Positions 38,112-44,888 of a stretch of DNA of 64,000 nucleotides are shown piece after piece. The position numbers and the translations under genes were made by a program. Every line of letters begins with the position of its first letter. The first letter of the stretch is position 1. The DNA comes from Dehalococcoidia bacterium (GTDB taxonomy: Bacteria > Chloroflexota > Dehalococcoidia > Lucifugimonadales > G965248475), in contig OZ252106.1 in the NCBI GenBank assembly GCA_965248475.1, positions 1,775,640 to 1,839,639 of the forward strand, given 5' to 3'. The notes beneath the pieces were generated by a model. That model had not been told where the DNA came from. It ran no database searches and was given only the letters and a program-made list of their open reading frames with translations.

Positions 38112-39004
38112 CTAGTCGCGGACACCTATGAGCTTTGCCAGTTTCACGGTGTTGTACAGGGCGACGGAGACGTACCATTTGACCCGCGTGCGGGTGGCGT
38201 CCTTGGTCTCCAGGCTGCCAACGCGCTCCACCTGCAGACCGCCGGGGCCGGTGAGGCCCACCACCGAGCCTTCTCCGAACTGCAGGCCGTAGACGGTGGA
38301 GCAGTCGGTGCTGCTGCCGACGGTCTGGGCATCGGAGATGTAGTCATTGATGCCCACGGGGATCCCATCGTAGAACTGGACCATCTGGCCGAACTCGTTG
38401 CGGTCGGTCTCCAGCAGGCCGGAGCCGGTGGCCCTGGATAGGGCTTTCATCTTGCGTCGGGAGCGTCGGCTCATGAGCAGCATGTGGGGCTTGTTGCCCT
38501 TGACGGTGTCTATGAGCTCGTCCAGCTTGTCCAGGGAGAGGGTTGCGCCGTTGGTGCCCATTGATACGGTCTGGCCGGCGGTGGTCAGCTTGTCCACGCC
38601 GTCGAATGCCTTGGGATCGGAGCCTGTGTCGCCGTTGATGAATGTGTCTTCGAACTTGTCGCGGACGGCCCTGGCCTTTAGCTCGACGGCGGCGGCCTCG
38701 AGGTCCTGTACGTTGGATCGAGTCGATTTAAGGTAGTTGTCGACGTCGGCATCGCCACCCAGGATGGCCAGGGCGGTGGTGACCTGGGTGGAAGGTGGGG
38801 GGTGGATTCGGCCCATGCGTCGCCAACGTCATAGAAGGCGGCGGCGGCGGCGGTGTCCTCGCGGTTGTAGGTGAGGCCGTTGCCCACGATTTCCACGAAG
38901 GGCATGGTCTCAAGGATGGGGCTCTCCTTGGTTATGGACTCGACGGCGGCGGCGAGGAGCAGGTCGTTGGAGAGTTTGGCGGCTTCTGCTAGTGTGAGTA
39001 CCAT
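38112..39004 (-). pseudogene. HK97-fold phage major capsid protein, reading frame broken in a C6 run
   Basis: N-part MVLTLAEAAKLSNDLL...YNREDT...AWAESTP and C-part TQVTTALAILGGDADVDNYL...VKWYVSVALYNTVKLAKLIGV lie in two frames. The frames switch at G6 38797-38802 (plus strand). Confidence 0.75.
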
Positions 39005-39017
39005 CTGATTGTCCTCC

Positions 39018-39350
39018 TTATTTTGCTACTGGCTGTTGATTGATATTTTCGGTTTTCTGTGCCTGGGCCTGTCTGAAATCGTGCAGGAGCGGACCTAGGG
39101 GATGTTGATTGTCCTGCGACGGTGGGATGGCCCAGGCGAGCTGTTGAAGAACGTCCTTGGCGGCGCGGACGGCCTTGCGCTCCATGCGCTCGTGGTGGCG
39201 CTGGTAGGCGACGAGGGCAGCCATGATGTCGGGGATGCTGAGCAGTGCCTCAAAGAGGTCCGCCACCTGCCTTGAGTGGTTACCGTGCTTGAGGGCGTTG
39301 AGGTTGCCCCTGGGTGCGCCAGCACCGGGTCTTTTGCTTCCACGGGGCAT
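39018..39350 (-). CDS. small basic protein with GAPRGNLNALKHG motif (phage/MGE-associated)
   Basis: AGGAGG RBS 5 nt before the ATG. I recall the GAPxGNxNAxKHG motif from phage and plasmid small proteins. Confidence 0.55.
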   Translation of the reverse strand: MPRGSKRPGAGAPRGNLNALKHGNHSRQVADLFEALLSIPDIMAALVAYQRHHERMERKAVRAAKDVLQQLAWAIPPSQDNQHPLGPLLHDFRQAQAQKTENINQQPVAK

Positions 39351-39353
39351 TGG

Positions 39354-39429
39354 TGCCTCCTGTCTTGCAGAGTAGTGACGGCAGGATAGTAGAACAAATG
39401 TGCGGTTACGGGGAGGGGGGAGATGGCAG
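39354..39429 (-). promoter_or_regulatory. duplicated promoter/leader module, copy P1
   Basis: About 80% identical over about 76 nt to 40269-40345. Shared blocks are CTGCCATCTCCCCCCT and TCCTGCCGTCACTACT just before the RBS. Confidence 0.6.
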
Positions 39430-39464
39430 GGGGTGGTTTGACGGTGTTGAACAGACACCCTAAC

Positions 39465-39719
39465 ATGGCGATGAGTGACCAATCAGCACAGGGGGTAACG
39501 GTGAGGACTTTTACGGCGTATTTAGAGTGGGACACTGAGACGAACCTCTACGTAGGGAGCATACCGGGAATACCCGGCGCTCACAGCCAGGGGGCAACTC
39601 TGGACGAGCTACACCAGAACCTCAAAGAGGTTCTGGTGCTGTGTCTTGAGGAGTACAAAGGAAGCATTGAAGACCTTCCGAACTTTGTGGGCACTCAGCA
39701 GATAGAAATCGCAGTATGA
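39465..39719 (+). CDS. hicB: HicB family antitoxin
   Basis: TAYLEWDTETNLYVGSIPGIPGAHSQGATLDELHQNLKEVLVLCLEE fits the HicB/UPF0150 fold. ATGA overlap with hicA. Confidence 0.8.
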   Translation: MAMSDQSAQGVTVRTFTAYLEWDTETNLYVGSIPGIPGAHSQGATLDELHQNLKEVLVLCLEEYKGSIEDLPNFVGTQQIEIAV

Positions 39720-39949
39720 ACCGGCTGCCCACCATTGATGCCCGCACAATGGAAAGGGCTTTGTTCCACCTTGGTTTTGAAGCTGTGCGGCAGAGAGGCA
39801 GCCACGTTTTCTACAGACATCCCGACGGCAGAACCACGTCAGTACCCCGACATCCAGGAAGAGATCTAGCGCGTCCGCTAGTCCGTGAGATCCTGAGAGA
39901 AATCGATCTTTCTCCTGCCGATTTCCAAGAGGTGCTTGGGGCGATCTAG
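39716..39949 (+). CDS. hicA: HicA family mRNA interferase toxin
   Basis: 77 aa; GSHVFYRHPDGRTTSVPRHPGRDLARPLVREILREI fits the HicA/YcfA pattern. Confidence 0.88.
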   Translation: MNRLPTIDARTMERALFHLGFEAVRQRGSHVFYRHPDGRTTSVPRHPGRDLARPLVREILREIDLSPADFQEVLGAI

Positions 39950-40265
39950 GAGTGGTCGGGGATTCCGAAATATGACAGGGGGAGCGGCGGTATGTCGTAC
40001 TCCTCCACGTAAGCGAGTAGGGGGTTGTTCGCGGACGGCAAGGGCGTGGTGAACAGGACGTCCTTAAGGGCCTCAAAAGCGATGGTCTCGGCATCATGGC
40101 TGTGACACCCGTGGCGACGGCTGAACCCCCCCGCAGGAAGCCGCGCCGCTCCGGGTCCTGTACGAAGCGTCTTGCTTGCTGGCGCAGGGCATCAGTGGAG
40201 GGATGGCCGATGGGGGTCTGGCCGTTGGGTGCGTCAGTACCAGGGTATTCTCCTTCTCCAGTCAT
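39946..40265 (-). pseudogene. hypothetical 105-aa gene disrupted in a G7 (plus-strand C7) run
   Basis: With one extra G at 40126-40132 the ORF (MTGEGEYPG...IAFEALKDVLFTTPLPSANNPLLAYVEEYDIPPLPLSYFGIPDHS) ends at 39946, overlapping the hicA stop. As sequenced it runs antisense through hicBA. Confidence 0.45.
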
Positions 40266-40268
40266 GTG

Positions 40269-40345
40269 GGTCTCCTGTCCTGTGAAGTAGTGACGGCAGG
40301 ATGGTAGGACAGTCGTGCGTGTACGGGGAAGGGGGGAGATGGCAG
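40269..40345 (-). promoter_or_regulatory. duplicated promoter/leader module, copy P2
   Basis: See P1. It lies directly upstream of the 40265 start. Confidence 0.6.
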
Positions 40346-40366
40346 AGAGTGAGAAACCGCCAACTC

Positions 40367-41146
40367 CTACGTCTGCTGGGCTACTGGTCGAGGTACACGA
40401 ACCTTAAGGTCGTGCTCCTCCACTCCCAGAGTGTTCGATGTGGTGACCCTGAGTCGAACCTGCATGATGGTAGCGCGATTGGGAAGGGTGTCGAACGTTA
40501 CGGTAAACAATCGCGAGGCATGCCGATTCAAGACTTCAAAGTCCCAGCCGTGACTTGCCTCAACTCTGACCCAATAGGGGGGCTCACTTGAAACTTCAAT
40601 TTGAATATGTTCGTAGGGGATGAGACCAATGTTGTGGGCCCGTACCGTACCCGCAACGGCCCGGTCGCGAACGACAAGCAGCGGCAGTACCTTCCGCTCC
40701 AAGTCGTTCGAATCAGTGTCCCACTCAAGGAGCATTAACGGAGGGCGCAGTCTGGGAACCTGGTTGGCGGCCACACCCACGATTGCAATGACTGTCCCGA
40801 TCGTTACGGCCAATATAACGACAACGTCGCTTCGGTCGTCTACGACTGACCAAGGGCTTCCAAGGTCGAGAACGGAGAATACCAGTATGGCCGCGCTAGG
40901 AGGCCCCGTAACGTACGTGAGCAATACTCCGAGTTGTTGGCTCCGGCTTAGCCAAAGCCTGTCGGATGGTCCGAGAGTTCGATACACGAAGCGATACACA
41001 CCAGGCAGGAGTACCGTGAGTATCACGGCAATAAGTCCAACGATAGACCGTGTGAAAGCGCTGACGACGCTGATGGTCGCTATAACCATGAACCAGACAC
41101 CGCGAAGTGCGGCACCTATCGTTTGGAGTGCTCGCCGGATTGTCAC
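40367..41146 (-). CDS. hypothetical membrane protein (about 4 TM + C-terminal beta-rich domain)
   Basis: 259 aa with N-terminal hydrophobic helices and a soluble beta-type tail. A+T-richer than flanking DNA. Confidence 0.55.
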   Translation of the reverse strand: MTIRRALQTIGAALRGVWFMVIATISVVSAFTRSIVGLIAVILTVLLPGVYRFVYRTLGPSDRLWLSRSQQLGVLLTYVTGPPSAAILVFSVLDLGSPWSVVDDRSDVVVILAVTIGTVIAIVGVAANQVPRLRPPLMLLEWDTDSNDLERKVLPLLVVRDRAVAGTVRAHNIGLIPYEHIQIEVSSEPPYWVRVEASHGWDFEVLNRHASRLFTVTFDTLPNRATIMQVRLRVTTSNTLGVEEHDLKVRVPRPVAQQT

Positions 41147-41287
41147 ATGGCGGATTATACAGCGACGTCAGAGCCAAATAATCGGCCAGACAGACCCGGA
41201 GCTGGAGTGGGCGCGGCAGGACGAAAGGGTGAGAAGGCTGCTGGGTATGGAGGAATAGCTATGGTCGCTACTGGGCTAATAGTAGAA

Positions 41288-41701
41288 CTAACGCCGATGG
41301 AAAAACGCCTCGGTTAGTTTTACCCATACGATCCCCATCATAAACAGTATCACCACAAGCCCGATCAAGGAGTCAACAGATCTTTCGTGGTAAAGAATGA
41401 CGGCATTATCCAGGGCGGCAGGTAGCAATGCAAAGGTGATCACCCCTCTAATGAGCGTCCAAACCTGACCCTCAGCCCAACTATTCCAAGAATAGAACCG
41501 GCGGGCACCCATGTTTCCCAGAATGACCGCTATCACCCCAATTACTAGAAACCCAACAATTACAACACCAACGTCCCAAATCCGGATGGAAGCCCGGACG
41601 CCAATGGACGTTACGGACCAGAAGAGAATCCGCACCCTCCATCGCTGAGGTAACTTCAGCCAAGTTCCCCAGAGTTTTCGCATCCAACCCACGGCAATCA
41701 A
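41288..41701 (-). CDS. hypothetical membrane protein (about 4 TM)
   Basis: 137 aa and W/I/V-rich. Co-oriented with the gene at 40367-41146. Confidence 0.5.
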   Translation of the reverse strand: MIAVGWMRKLWGTWLKLPQRWRVRILFWSVTSIGVRASIRIWDVGVVIVGFLVIGVIAVILGNMGARRFYSWNSWAEGQVWTLIRGVITFALLPAALDNAVILYHERSVDSLIGLVVILFMMGIVWVKLTEAFFHRR

Positions 41702-41746
41702 CCCCCATAGTCACTGCTGCGCTGAGCCTAACACAACACCCCTGCC

Positions 41747-41892
41747 CCAGATTCTTCGTCCCGACTTTATCGGGACTCAGAATGACAGGACCCGCTCATG
41801 TCCTTCCCTTCGGCTTCGCTCAGGTCCGATGCCCTGTGGGCATACGGACTCGCGACGAAGTCGGAGATAAACTCGGCTCAGGATGAGCGGGG
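41747..41892. repeat. REP/MITE-like element with long imperfect inverted repeat
   Basis: ccagattcttcg + GTCCCGACTTTATCGGGAC + ctcagaatgac, then arms cccgctcat...atgagcggg (41791-41891). Internal strings are related to the 79-nt core. Confidence 0.6.
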
Positions 41893-42005
41893 CACCGCCT
41901 TAGATGCTTCGTCCGCGGACGCATGCTGTAGGCAGAGGAGTACAACCAACTCCTCAGCATGACAACCTGAAAAGACGCAAAATGCGCATTACCCGCAGCG
42001 AACGC

Positions 42006-42034
42006 TTGACATGGCTGTTTCTGCATGCTAGCCT
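42006..42034 (+). promoter_or_regulatory. candidate promoter with AATGCGCA operator-like motifs
   Basis: TTGACA, 17 nt, TAGCCT. A perfect palindrome AATGCGCATT at 41981-41990 and a half-site AATGCGCA at 42035-42042 flank it. Confidence 0.35.
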
Positions 42035-42082
42035 AATGCGCAGAACCCGCAAGACACGCAGAATAAGCGAAAGGGGTGTGGG

Positions 42083-42286
42083 ATGAATGTCACGGCTGTA
42101 GCCATGAGGGGAGTAAACCTAGCCCCAGTAATGACCAAGGTGGGAGCACGACTCCACTACGTATCAAGATCACCCGAAGTACGAGACGCGTCCCGCAGGG
42201 TGGGTGAGGCGTTCGGTGAGGTCTGGACGCGTTTCCGTGACCTGGGAGACTCGGTCACCGAAGCATGGCATGGCGTGGACTACTAA
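42083..42286 (+). CDS. hypothetical small protein (67 aa)
   Basis: Weak AAAGGGG RBS. First ORF after the candidate promoter. Confidence 0.3.
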   Translation: MNVTAVAMRGVNLAPVMTKVGARLHYVSRSPEVRDASRRVGEAFGEVWTRFRDLGDSVTEAWHGVDY

Positions 42287-42327
42287 AAGGCCAACAAAGA
42301 GGACAAGGGTTAAAGAGGGAAAGAAAA

Positions 42328-42795
42328 ATGAGGATTGGGAAGACGGACTTTGAGGTGGGGAACATGGGTAGGGTGCATCAGGCGGTGCTGGACGCGGTGC
42401 CCAATGAGGAGGCTATCGAGGAGTCGGAGCTGCGCGCCGCCTACGACAAGGTGTCGGAGGATGACAAGCCCCCTTTCGAACAGGTAATGAAGAACCTGTC
42501 GCACCTGGTCAACGAGAGGCGGATAGATGGTCGCACCTTCTATCGCAAACGGGTGTGGCTGTCCAGCGCGGAGGTGTCCCGCCGACTGGAGGTGTCTATG
42601 AGGACGGTGCAGTCGTGGGGGCAGCGGGGTGTGATGGGGGCGCGGTACGTGGGCGACCGTCTGCGGTTCGCCACGGAGCAGGTGGAGGAGTGGGTCCGTG
42701 GCAGGCGCAGCGGCGTGGCGACGGCCCAGCCCGGCTCTTCTACGACCACGCAGGTGTGGGATAACGAAAGGGACGCACAGTATGACCGAATATAG
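42328..42795 (+). CDS. excisionase/MerR-type HTH domain protein, putative antitoxin-like partner of MazF-like toxin
   Basis: GAGGGA RBS. LSSAEVSRRLEVSMRTVQSWGQRGVMGARYVGDRLRFATEQVEEWV resembles the HTH_17 excisionase-type domain. 14-nt overlap with the next gene. Confidence 0.55.
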   Translation: MRIGKTDFEVGNMGRVHQAVLDAVPNEEAIEESELRAAYDKVSEDDKPPFEQVMKNLSHLVNERRIDGRTFYRKRVWLSSAEVSRRLEVSMRTVQSWGQRGVMGARYVGDRLRFATEQVEEWVRGRRSGVATAQPGSSTTTQVWDNERDAQYDRI

Positions 42796-43120
42796 TCGTG
42801 GAGACGTGGTGCTGGTGCGCTACCAGGCAACGGCTGAGGAGGAGGCGTGGCTGAGGCCCGCCGTGGTGGTCAGCTCCGAGACGTATCACCAGGGTCGCGG
42901 ACAACTGCTGCTGGCGGCCGTTACCAGCAGTGAGCGGTCGCTGGAGCCCGGCGACACGGTGGTACAGGGGTGGCAAGAGGCCGGCCTGCTTGGAGCGTCG
43001 CTGGTGACGGGGGTGCTGCTCACGGTGGAGCCGGAGGTGATCGAGCGGCGGCTGGGTGTGCTGTCGGCGCAGGATGCGCAGGGCGTGGAAAGCAGCCTGC
43101 GGCTGAGCCTGGGTGTGTAG
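42782..43120 (+). CDS. PemK/MazF family toxin
   Basis: GDVVLVRY...RPAVVVSSETYH...LLLAAVTS matches the PemK fold pattern; 112 aa. Confidence 0.78.
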   Translation: MTEYSRGDVVLVRYQATAEEEAWLRPAVVVSSETYHQGRGQLLLAAVTSSERSLEPGDTVVQGWQEAGLLGASLVTGVLLTVEPEVIERRLGVLSAQDAQGVESSLRLSLGV

Positions 43121-43150
43121 GTAGGCAGGGCACTACCGTTTTCTTCCCAC

Positions 43151-43175
43151 GCAGGGCGTGCCCTGCACCCATAAT
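43151..43175 (-). repeat. REP-like palindrome family B
   Basis: gcagggcgtgccctgcacccataat, the reverse orientation of the 23201 copy. Confidence 0.8.
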
Positions 43176-43220
43176 CTCAGGGAGAAGAAGCGGTCTTTCA
43201 CGTAGGCAAGAGGAGTAGAG

Positions 43221-43424
43221 ATGATTAATTGGATTCCGAATTTCATACGCCCTGGAGTCGCCCTGCTAGCCATCGGGCTGGTGGCGGTGCTTGTGGCGAG
43301 CATGGCGGAGGCGCTGATCAAGCTAATTGGCTACGCTCTGATGATCGCAGGTTTCGCCGTTATCGTCGTTGGACTGATGAAGCGGTGGAGGCGCCCACGG
43401 TTCCGGCGAAGGATGGCGCACTAG
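43221..43424 (+). CDS. hypothetical 2-TM small protein with basic tail
   Basis: 67 aa with two hydrophobic helices followed by KRWRRPRFRRRMAH. Confidence 0.4.
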   Translation: MINWIPNFIRPGVALLAIGLVAVLVASMAEALIKLIGYALMIAGFAVIVVGLMKRWRRPRFRRRMAH

Positions 43425-43430
43425 GCGTAG

Positions 43431-43448
43431 GTCCCGACCTGTCGGGAC
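43431..43448 (+). terminator. GTCCCGAC-CT-GTCGGGAC hairpin (REP family A) after the small TM gene
   Basis: Perfect 8-bp arms 7 nt after the stop codon. Same stem sequence as the hairpins at 2237, 37809 and 41758. Confidence 0.4.
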
Positions 43449-43512
43449 ACCCATATTTCTCAAGAACCGGACAGGTCGAATGGTAGGAACTTACTATTTG
43501 GAGGTATCGAAT

Positions 43513-43809
43513 ATGAAGGTAGTCAAGCAACACAACCTATCTCAGGAAGAGGCTACAAGAAAGGTTAGCCGTTTGCTCAAGCGATTGGTGCAGCAGTACG
43601 GTGGGGAGATCGCTGATCCTATCAGTGTGTGGACGCAGGATACGCTGGACTTCTCTTTCCGAACCTGCGGCATGAGTTTCAAAGGTAAGGTCGAGGTCGG
43701 CGAGTCGGATGTGACACTTGACCTTGGCATACCGCAGTTTGCGGAACCTTTCGAGGGAGGGATACGGTCTAGTGTTGAACGCGAACTCAGTTTCCTCTTT
43801 CCACACTGA
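43513..43809 (+). CDS. small protein resembling PHA-granule-region (PHA_gran_rgn) family
   Basis: GGAGG RBS. 98 aa with H.L..EEA..KV..L...L...YG....W....L.F......G..GKV.V....V.L.L pattern. Confidence 0.4.
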   Translation: MKVVKQHNLSQEEATRKVSRLLKRLVQQYGGEIADPISVWTQDTLDFSFRTCGMSFKGKVEVGESDVTLDLGIPQFAEPFEGGIRSSVERELSFLFPH

Positions 43810-43841
43810 GCCGAGAGCAGAGATAATAAAGGAGGCATGCT

Positions 43842-44214
43842 GTGGCAAAGAAGAAGGTGTTCATCAGCTATGAGTATGATCATGACCACCACTTGAAAGG
43901 CAGCTTAATTGCTCAAGCCGAGTGGCCTGATTCTCCATTCTCTATATCAGATTTTTCACTGTAAGGAGTCCACTCCGGACCCCGAATGGTTACGTAAAGC
44001 ACAGAGTAGAATTAGTCGTTGTGATGTCGTTGTTGTTCTGCTTGGACCAAATACCCACAACGCATCAGGCGTACGGAAAGAAGTCAACATTGCCGAGGGT
44101 CTTGGCAAGCCTAGGTTCCAGCTCAGGCCTCAAGGCAGGCTCTATGGGAAGGTAAAGAATGCTGGAGAGGTACATGCCTGGAAATGGAAGAACCTGAAGG
44201 AGCTGCTGGCGTAG
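43842..44214 (+). pseudogene. TIR-like domain protein (DUF1863 / MTH538-type), +1 frame break next to a T5 run
   Basis: Part 1 is VAKKKVFISYEYDHDHH...SISDFSL followed by TAA. Part 2 in the +1 frame is KESTPDPEWLRKAQSRISRCDVVVVLLGPNTHNASGVRKEVNIAEGLGKP. Joined length 123 aa fits DUF1863. Confidence 0.6.
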
Positions 44215-44216
44215 CT

Positions 44217-44642
44217 GTGACGGACTCCGAATCTGCCAGGATAGAGCACCTGAAGCTCATCCAAGCCGTGATCGCGCGGATGGCCCGGAACTCCTTTGCT
44301 ATCAAGGCAGCCGCATCAACAATAACCGCTGCTCTGGTTGCCGTGACTGCAGGCTCAGGAACTCCCCTAGCCGCAATCGGCGGAATACCACTCATTATGC
44401 TATGGCTATTGGACGGGTATTACCTACGTCAAGAGCGACTGTTCCGCGAGCTATTCGACTTCGTGAGCACGGGCCAGCCTCCTGAACCAGGTAGCGAAGC
44501 CTACTTCTCCATGAAAACCGAAGGCCTTCATTCCAAAGCTGGCAGCCTGCAGCGAATATTGGTCAGAGGAACGCTACTGGCCTTCTACGTACCATTGCTA
44601 CTTATACTGGCGCTTAGTGCCATATTGGTGAGTCTCACCTAG
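44217..44642 (+). CDS. multi-TM protein coupled to the TIR-like gene (possible SLATT-like effector)
   Basis: GAAGGAG RBS inside the end of the TIR-like gene and a GTG 3 nt after its stop. ARIEHLKLIQAVIARMARNSFAIK amphipathic helix followed by 2-3 TM segments. Confidence 0.5.
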   Translation: MTDSESARIEHLKLIQAVIARMARNSFAIKAAASTITAALVAVTAGSGTPLAAIGGIPLIMLWLLDGYYLRQERLFRELFDFVSTGQPPEPGSEAYFSMKTEGLHSKAGSLQRILVRGTLLAFYVPLLLILALSAILVSLT

Positions 44643-44888
44643 CCCGTTTCAGCTCCCTCCCACCCATCCACCCTCCTGCGCCGTCGCTCCGTCCTGCCCC
44701 ACCCATTCTCCATTGTGTATAATGCGCCCGCCAGAGGAGAGATGAGTGACCCGCGCAAGCCAGCCCAAGCTACGGGCATGCCGTGGGCCATCTATAGTTA
44801 GCACCAATCCAAAGTAACCTACGCAAGGGCAACGAGGCGGACGGGACAGGCGCACTGCATGACCCCGCCTACCAAGGGAGGTGTCAGC

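Larger units (their letters stand above)
35150..39432 (-). mobile_element. degenerate prophage-like structural gene module (capsid, tail-fibre-like and small virion-type genes)
   Basis: One co-oriented block runs between a promoter-like repeat (39354-39429) and a terminator (35150-35184). No terminase, portal, protease or integrase was recognised in the window. Confidence 0.55.

Noticed and set aside
38112-39004. Encapsulin shell protein interpretation of the HK97-fold gene
   Set aside because: The N-terminus and overall pattern match phage major capsid proteins. The neighbours are fibre/connector-like, and no cargo-type enzyme with a targeting peptide is adjacent.
39609-40265. 218-aa ORF as listed in the track
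   Set aside because: After the G7 run it reads antisense through hicA and hicB with junk composition. I interpret it as read-through caused by a 1-nt frame break of a 105-aa gene.
44726-44888. Riboswitch in the about 130-nt leader after an extended -10 (TGTGTATAAT) upstream of the cyclase gene
   Set aside because: Loose resemblance to c-di-GMP-I blocks (acgcaagggcaac, cgcgcaagcc), but they are in the wrong order and no supporting stems were seen.
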